A stretch of 64,000 nucleotides of DNA. Source: Alphaproteobacteria bacterium. Its GTDB lineage: Bacteria > Pseudomonadota > Alphaproteobacteria > UBA828. Shown piece by piece: positions 58,320 to 64,000 of this stretch. The notes under the pieces are model-generated. The model ran no database searches. It was given only the letters and a program-made list of their open reading frames with translations, and was not told the origin of the DNA. The DNA is taken from contig JBFXKW010000001.1 in assembly GCA_050173345.1 (NCBI GenBank), positions 678,342 through 742,341 of the forward strand, read 5' to 3'. Made by a program: the position numbers and the translations under genes. The stretch's first letter is position 1, and every line of letters begins with the position of its first letter.

Positions 58320-59306
58320 ATGGCCGAAGCAGCCCACCGCATCGAAGCCTCCGAGCCCGACAACTATTACGGCTATCGGCGGTTCAGGAAGGGCAAGTTC
58401 GAGTTCCACCGCGACGAATATTTCGTCCACATCAAGTGGCCGAGCGGCAGCCACACCATGGCGGCCGACGTGTTCCTGCGCGCGCTGCAGCGCGACGTCG
58501 CCTGGAACTTCTTCTACGGCACGGTCAACTTCGACACGGTGTTCGGCACCACCTCGCACTACGGCACGGTCGACCTGTTCGCCGGCACCTATAACGACGC
58601 CTATCGCAAGGCCGGCCGTGACCATCTCGAGACCTACAAGAGCGAAGAGCTGATGGCGACCTTCAAGGCCATCCTCGACGACTGGACCAACCGCGGCTAC
58701 GACCCCTTCGCCGCGCCCGAGGAGACCGGCCAGCCCTATGGCCGCAAGGACGGCAGCAACCGCGCCGCGATCGACCGCAAACGGGTCACCGCGAAGCGCA
58801 TGGTGAGCTGCCCGGGCGATACGCCGCGGCGCACCGACGAGAGCGGCTTCCCGGTCAACCGCCAGTTCGCCGACGTGCCGCAGGACGAGCCCGAGATCAA
58901 GGCGGAGAAGGGCTTCGAGGGCGAGGTGTGCGCCTTCAACCTGTTCGCCTATCTGTCGCGCTCGGACGTGACGTGGAACCCGAGCATCTGCTCGGCGGTG
59001 CGCGACAGCCTCTATTGCCCGACCTCCGAGGAGTTCATCCTGCCGATCGAGCACGGCAACGATCGCGTCGAGTGGTTCCTCCAGCTCTCCGACGAGATCA
59101 AGTGGGTGGTCAAGGACAAGATGACCGGCGCGCTGCGCGCCAACGTAGTCATGAAGGCGGGCGACATCGCGGCGATGCCGGCCGACATCCGCCATCAGGG
59201 CTATTCGGCGAAGCGCTCGATGCTGCTCGTGTGGGAGAACAACTCGAACAAAATCCCGAAGCTCGTGCAGTCCGGCAAGGCGCCGGTCGTGCCGGTGAAG
59301 TTTTGA
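58320..59306 (+). CDS. hapD: Hydroquinone 1,2-dioxygenase large subunit (HapD/HqdB-like)
   Basis: RDEYF, FLRAL.RDVAW.FFYG, EHGNDRVEWF, DIRHQGYS.KRSMLLVWEN. Confidence 0.92.
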   Translation: MAEAAHRIEASEPDNYYGYRRFRKGKFEFHRDEYFVHIKWPSGSHTMAADVFLRALQRDVAWNFFYGTVNFDTVFGTTSHYGTVDLFAGTYNDAYRKAGRDHLETYKSEELMATFKAILDDWTNRGYDPFAAPEETGQPYGRKDGSNRAAIDRKRVTAKRMVSCPGDTPRRTDESGFPVNRQFADVPQDEPEIKAEKGFEGEVCAFNLFAYLSRSDVTWNPSICSAVRDSLYCPTSEEFILPIEHGNDRVEWFLQLSDEIKWVVKDKMTGALRANVVMKAGDIAAMPADIRHQGYSAKRSMLLVWENNSNKIPKLVQSGKAPVVPVKF

Positions 59307-59348
59307 GAACGCGCCTCCGCAAGCCAGGGCAACGCCGTAGCTCCACCC

Positions 59349-59449
59349 GTCATCGTCCTCCCCCGACTTGATCGGGGGATCGACCGGACGATCCATCGGG
59401 CAGCGAGCGCGTTGTGGGCATGGGTCCCCCGGTCAAGCCGGGGGACGAC
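59349..59449. repeat. Palindromic REP-like repeat family A, copy 7
   Basis: GTCATCGTCC..CCCCGACTTGATCGGGGG..GGACGATCCA ... TGGGTCCCCCGGTCAAGCCGGGGGACGAC. Confidence 0.82.
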
Positions 59450-59509
59450 GGTAGGAGAAAACGCCTCGTCAGCGCGACACGCGACTCAGGCGGCGGCAGG
59501 GAGAACGGC

Positions 59510-60979
59510 GTGGGTTACCAGACCAAGCTCTTCATCGGCGGCCAGTTCGTGGACGCGCTTGCCGGCGGCACCATCGACAGCATCAACCCGCATGACGGCT
59601 CGGTGCTCGCCAAGGTAGCCGAGGCGCGCGCGGAAGACGTCGACCGCGCGGTCGAGGCGGCGGCCAAGGCGTTCCCGAAATGGAGCCGCATGGCGGCGAT
59701 GGAGCGCGGCCGGCTGCTGCTCAAGCTGGCGGACGCGATCGAGGCCAACGCGGAAGAACTGGCCCGGCTCGAATCGACCGACACCGGCCATCCGATCAAG
59801 GATTCGACCGTGCTCGACGTGCCGCGCACCGCGGTCACCTACCGCTATTTCGGCGGCATGGCCGACAAGCTGCAGGGCAGCGTGGTGCCGGTCGAGACCG
59901 GTTTCCTGAACTACGTGCTGCGCGAGCCGCTCGGCGTGGTCGGCCAGATCGTGCCGTGGAACTTCCCGCTCATGTTCACAAGCTGGAAGATGGGGCCGGC
60001 GCTCGCGGCTGGTAACACTGTGGTGCTCAAGCCGACCGAGCTCGCGCCGCTCTCGACGCTCCGCATCGCCGAGCTGATGGCCGAGGTCGGCTTCCCCGAG
60101 GGCGTGGTCAACATCGTGCCGGGCTATGGCGCAAGCGCCGGCCAGCGCCTCGCCGAGCACGAGGGCGTGCAGAGGATCGCCTTCACCGGCTCGACCGCGA
60201 CCGGCCGGCGCATCGTGCAGGCCTCCGCCGGCAACCTGAAGCGCGTCCAGCTCGAGCTCGGCGGCAAGGGCGCCAACATCGTGTTCGACGACGCCAACAT
60301 CAAGGCGGCGATCGGCGGCTCGGCCTTCGCCATCTTCCACAATCAGGGGCAGGCCTGCATCGCGGGCTCGCGCCTGCTGCTGCACGAGAAGATCGCCGAC
60401 GAGTTCCTCGACGGCTTCCTCGCGCTCGCGAAGTCGATCCGGCTCGGCAACCCGCTCGACCCCAAGACCGAGATGGGGCCGCTCACCTCGGCCCAGCATC
60501 GCGACCGGGTGCAGAGCTATTGCCAGATCGCCCACCAGGAGGGCGGCAAAATCCTGACCGGCGGCACGCCGCCCGACGACCCGGCGCTCGCCAAGGGCTT
60601 CTACATGCGGCCGACCGTGGTGCGCGCCCAGCCCGAGGACCGCGTCTGCATGGAGGAGGTGTTCGGCCCATTCGTCTCGGTCTCGACCTTCAAGACCGAG
60701 GACGAGGTGGTCGGGATCGCCAACCGCACGCCCTACGGCCTCGGCGGCGGCCTGTGGACGCGCGACCTGCAGCGCGCCCACCGCATCGCCTCGCACATGA
60801 TCGCCGGCATGGTCTGGATCAACTGCTACAAGCGGGTCAATCCGGGCTCGCCGTTCGGCGGCGTGCGCGCCTCGGGCTATGGCCGCGAGATGGGCTTCGA
60901 GGCCATGCACGACTACACCGAGGCCAAGTCGGTCTGGGTCAACGTCGACGCCCAGATCCCGCCCTGGTATCCGCGTTAA
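59510..60979 (+). CDS. hapE: 4-hydroxymuconic semialdehyde dehydrogenase (HapE/HqdC-like ALDH)
   Basis: PWNFP, FTGST, LELGGK, NQGQACIAG, EEVFGP, PFGG; operon context; GTG start. Confidence 0.9.
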   Translation: MGYQTKLFIGGQFVDALAGGTIDSINPHDGSVLAKVAEARAEDVDRAVEAAAKAFPKWSRMAAMERGRLLLKLADAIEANAEELARLESTDTGHPIKDSTVLDVPRTAVTYRYFGGMADKLQGSVVPVETGFLNYVLREPLGVVGQIVPWNFPLMFTSWKMGPALAAGNTVVLKPTELAPLSTLRIAELMAEVGFPEGVVNIVPGYGASAGQRLAEHEGVQRIAFTGSTATGRRIVQASAGNLKRVQLELGGKGANIVFDDANIKAAIGGSAFAIFHNQGQACIAGSRLLLHEKIADEFLDGFLALAKSIRLGNPLDPKTEMGPLTSAQHRDRVQSYCQIAHQEGGKILTGGTPPDDPALAKGFYMRPTVVRAQPEDRVCMEEVFGPFVSVSTFKTEDEVVGIANRTPYGLGGGLWTRDLQRAHRIASHMIAGMVWINCYKRVNPGSPFGGVRASGYGREMGFEAMHDYTEAKSVWVNVDAQIPPWYPR

Positions 60980-60991
60980 GGCGAGGGCACC

Positions 60992-62053
60992 ATGAGCCGA
61001 TCCTTCGTCTATGAAGGGCTGCCGAGCCGGGTGGTGTTCGGCGTCGGCAGCCTCGAAAAGCTCGGCGCCCAGCTCGACCGCCTCGGGCTCAAGCGCGCGC
61101 TGGTGCTGGCGACGCCCCACCAGCGCGCCCAGGCCGCCGAGATCGCGCAGCGGCTCGGCGAGCGCGCCGTCGGCATCAACGACCAGGCGGTCATGCACGT
61201 GCCGATCGAGGTCGCGCGGGCCGGCGAGGCGGCGGCGCGCGAGGCCGGGGCCGACTGTACGGTAGCGATCGGCGGCGGCTCGACCATCGGCCTCGGCAAG
61301 GCGATCGCGCTGTCGATCGGCCTGCCGGTGATCGCGGTGCCGACCACCTTCGCGGGCTCGGAGATGACGCCGATCTGGGGCCTGACCGAGGGCAGCGTCA
61401 AGCGCACCGGGCGCGACCTCAAGGTGCTGCCGCGCCTCGTCGTCTACGACCCGCTGCTCACCCTGACGCTGCCCGCGAAGATCGCTGGGCCGAGTGGGCT
61501 CAACGCGATTGCGCACTGCGTCGAGGCGCTCTACGCCGAGAACGCCAACCCGATCGTCTCGCTGATGGCGGAGGAAGGCATCCGCGCGCTCGCCGCGAGC
61601 CTGCCCGTGGTGGTCGCCAAGGGTGATGACGTCGAGGCGCGCAGCGAGGCGCTCTACGGCGCCTGGCTCGCCGGCGCCTCGCTCGGCATGGTCGGCATGG
61701 CGCTGCACCACAAGCTGTGCCACACGCTCGGCGGCAGCTTCAACCTGCCGCATGCCGAGACGCACGGCATCGTGCTGCCCTATGCCGCGGCCTACAATCG
61801 CGACGCCGCGGCTGAGGCGATGGCGCGTGTCCGCCGCGCGCTCGGCGGCGTCGAGGATGCCGTGCGCGGCCTCTACGACCTCGGCCGCAAGGTCGGCGCG
61901 CCCAAGGCGCTCGCCGAGATCGGCATGAAAGAGGGCGATCTCGACCGCGCCGCCGAGCTCGCCACCCAGAACCCCTATTTCAACCCGCGGCCGGTCACGC
62001 GCGAGGGCGTGCGCGCGCTCCTGGAGGATGCGTTCGCCGGCCGCCGGCCGTGA
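60992..62053 (+). CDS. hapF: Maleylacetate reductase (HapF/HqdD-like)
   Basis: GGGSTIG, PTTFAGSE, NAIAHCVE, LHHKLCHTLGG, PHAETH, NPYFNPR. Confidence 0.93.
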   Translation: MSRSFVYEGLPSRVVFGVGSLEKLGAQLDRLGLKRALVLATPHQRAQAAEIAQRLGERAVGINDQAVMHVPIEVARAGEAAAREAGADCTVAIGGGSTIGLGKAIALSIGLPVIAVPTTFAGSEMTPIWGLTEGSVKRTGRDLKVLPRLVVYDPLLTLTLPAKIAGPSGLNAIAHCVEALYAENANPIVSLMAEEGIRALAASLPVVVAKGDDVEARSEALYGAWLAGASLGMVGMALHHKLCHTLGGSFNLPHAETHGIVLPYAAAYNRDAAAEAMARVRRALGGVEDAVRGLYDLGRKVGAPKALAEIGMKEGDLDRAAELATQNPYFNPRPVTREGVRALLEDAFAGRRP

Positions 62054-62084
62054 TAAGCTGCGAAGAAATCCCAGGGAGGAGACC

Positions 62085-63374
62085 ATGACGAAAGCGCAGA
62101 ACCCGAAGGCGAAAAGCCCGTCCCGCCGCACCGTGCTGAAGGCCGCGGGTGCCGCGGCGCTGGCGAGCTCCTTGCCGTTTCCCGCGATCGCCGCCGAGCG
62201 GCCGATCAAGCTCGGCTATGTCAGCCCGCAGACCGGCCCGCTCGCGCCCTTCGCCGAGGCCGACGATTTCGTCATCACGGCGGTCAAGGCGGCGATCGGC
62301 GACGGAATCGAGGCCGGCGGCAAGACCTACCCGGTCGAAATCCTGGTCAAGGACAGCCAGTCGAACCCGAACCGCGCGGCCGAGGTCGCCAACGATCTCA
62401 TCCTCGGCGACGAGGTCGACCTCATGCTGGTCGGCAACACGCCGGAGACCACCAACCCGGTCGGTGACCAGTGCGAGGTCAACGAGGTGCCCTGCCTGTC
62501 CTCGCTCGCGCCGTGGCAGCCCTGGTTCTTCACCCGCGGCGGCGACCCCGCCAGCGGCTTCAACTGGACCTATCACTATTTCTGGGGCCTGGAAGACGTC
62601 ATCGCGGTCTTCCTCAACATGTGGAACAAGCTCGACACCAACAAGACGGTCGGCGGCCTGTTCCCGAACGACGGCGACGGCAATGCCTGGGGCGACCCCG
62701 AGCTCGGCTTCCCGAAGCCGCTCGCGGCCGACGGCTACAAGCTGGTCGATCCCGGCCGCTACCAGAACCTGACCGACGACTTCTCGGCGCAGATCTCGGC
62801 CTTCAAGAAGGAGCAGTGCGAGGTGCTGACCGGCGTGGTGATCCCGCCGGACTGGACCACCTTCTGGAAACAGGCGAAGCAGCAGGGCTATACGCCGAAG
62901 GCGGCCTCGATTGGCAAGGCGCTGCTCTTCCCGGTCGCCATCGAGGCGCTCGGCGACGAAGGCAACAACCTGTCGAGCGAAATCTGGTGGAGCCCGAACC
63001 ACCCCTTCGCCTCGTCGCTCACCGGGCAGAGCGCGTCGGCGCTTGCGGCCGCCTATACGGAAGCGACCGGCAAGCAGTGGACGCAGCCGATCGGCTTCGT
63101 GCATTCGCTCTTCGAGGTCGCGGTCGACATCATGAAGCGCGCTGCCGACGTGCATGACCGCGCCGCTGTGCTCGACGCCCTCACCAAGACCGACGCGAAC
63201 ACGGTGGTCGGCCCGGTGAAGTGGGGCTCGGGCCCGGTCAAGAACGTCGCCAAGACACCGCTGGTCGGCGGCCAGTGGCGGCTCGGCGGCAAGTTCAAGT
63301 ACGACCTCGTGATCACCAGCAACGAGACCGCGCCGGAAATCCCGGTCGGCGGCGACATGCAGCCGATCGCCTGA
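62085..63374 (+). CDS. ABC transporter substrate-binding protein (branched-chain amino acid type), Tat-exported
   Basis: SRRTVLK twin-arginine signal, IKLGYVSPQTGPLAPF, DSQSNPNRA. Confidence 0.9.
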   Translation: MTKAQNPKAKSPSRRTVLKAAGAAALASSLPFPAIAAERPIKLGYVSPQTGPLAPFAEADDFVITAVKAAIGDGIEAGGKTYPVEILVKDSQSNPNRAAEVANDLILGDEVDLMLVGNTPETTNPVGDQCEVNEVPCLSSLAPWQPWFFTRGGDPASGFNWTYHYFWGLEDVIAVFLNMWNKLDTNKTVGGLFPNDGDGNAWGDPELGFPKPLAADGYKLVDPGRYQNLTDDFSAQISAFKKEQCEVLTGVVIPPDWTTFWKQAKQQGYTPKAASIGKALLFPVAIEALGDEGNNLSSEIWWSPNHPFASSLTGQSASALAAAYTEATGKQWTQPIGFVHSLFEVAVDIMKRAADVHDRAAVLDALTKTDANTVVGPVKWGSGPVKNVAKTPLVGGQWRLGGKFKYDLVITSNETAPEIPVGGDMQPIA

Positions 63375-63409
63375 CTGTTCTGGCCTCTGGTTGAACGCAG
63401 TGTGGGAAG

Positions 63410-63537
63410 CCCTCATGCTTCGGCAGGCTCAGCATGAAGGCTTCTTCTTTGTCGCCCGAAAAAAGATGACCTCACCCTGAGCCTGTCGACCTCACTTCGC
63501 CCGCCGAAGCGGGCTTCGCGAAGGCGGGAGGGTGAGG
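63410..63537. repeat. Palindromic repeat family D with a nested insertion
   Basis: CCTCATGCTTCGGCAGGCTCAGCATGAAGG ... CCTCACCCTGAGCCTGTCGA-[39 bp]-AGGGTGAGG. Confidence 0.72.
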
Positions 63538-63542
63538 CCGCA

Positions 63543-64000
63543 ATGACCGCCCTCCTCCGCCTCGAAGGACTGTCGCGCTCGTTCGGCTCTCTGAAGGTGA
63601 CCGACGACGTGTCGTTCGAGGTGATGCCCGGGGAAGCGCTCGGCATCCTCGGCCCGAACGGCGCCGGCAAGAGCACGCTGTTCAACCTGATCACCGGCGC
63701 GCTCAGGCCGCAAGGAGGGCGCATCCGGTTCGACTCGCATGACATCACGAACCTGCCGCCCCACCGGCGCTGCCGGCGCGGCATCGGCCGCTCCTATCAG
63801 ATCCCGCACCCGTTCGCGCAGATGAGCGTGTTCGAGAACCTCCTGGTCGGCGCGGCCTACGCGACCGGCCGCCGCGAATCCGAGTGCTACGAGGGCTGCG
63901 TCGAGGTGCTGGCGCGCACCGGCCTCATCGACAAGGCGAACCAGCCGGCCGGCAGCCTCACGCTGCTCGAGCGCAAGCGGCTCGAGCTCGCCCGCGCGCT
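63543..64000 (+). CDS. ABC transporter ATP-binding protein, LivG-like (3' end cut by window edge)
   Basis: Translated by hand: MTALLRLEGLSRSFGSLKV..GILGPNGAGKSTLFNLITG..GIGRSYQ..KRLELARA. Confidence 0.9.
   Translation, partial: MTALLRLEGLSRSFGSLKVTDDVSFEVMPGEALGILGPNGAGKSTLFNLITGALRPQGGRIRFDSHDITNLPPHRRCRRGIGRSYQIPHPFAQMSVFENLLVGAAYATGRRESECYEGCVEVLARTGLIDKANQPAGSLTLLERKRLELARA

Noticed and set aside
59486-62209. Very long antisense or alternate-frame ORFs (907 aa here; also 22735-24846, 48213-50357, 34917-36833, 1615-3759)
   Set aside because: They lie opposite or over well-supported genes, have no motifs, and are expected shadows of high-GC codon bias

Overview
High-GC genomic window from a probable alphaproteobacterium (cpa-type Tad locus, CtrA-like boxes, ChvI/ChvG-like pair). 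About 62 CDS; I saw no rRNA, tRNA, CRISPR array, integrase or transposase. Layout: (1) 1-4.7 kb: class III aminotransferase, TPR-GT9 protein, archease-rtcB. (2) 4.9-30.6 kb: catabolic region of dehydrogenases, beta-oxidation enzymes, an ACAD10/11-like kinase plus dehydrogenase and CoA ligases. Five of its promoter regions share a tandem operator (TTGTCNGACAA-N2-TTGTCNGACAA), probably bound by the resident GntR/FCD regulator. (3) Inside that region is the most unusual system, a tightly coupled minus-strand operon (27183-16292): stand-alone phospho-His carrier, 520-aa unknown protein, CoA ligase, Rv1126c-like protein, a PPDK lacking its pyruvate-binding domain, a three-part biotin-dependent carboxylase whose carboxyltransferase has a remodelled metal site, and a thiolase. 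I infer an undescribed ATP-driven phospho-relay coupled to carboxylation. (4) 30.8-40.5 kb: hydantoinase/oxoprolinase A+B with aminotransferases, a hydrolase, a phosphatase and an intradiol dioxygenase. (5) 41-55.6 kb: two-component system, TPR-SPOR lipoprotein and Tad/Cpa pilus genes with two Flp pilins. (6) 55.7-64 kb: ECF41 sigma module, hydroquinone-degradation operon and the start of an ABC importer. At least four families of short palindromic intergenic repeats occur, some nested. All calls come from reading motifs by eye; no database search was run.
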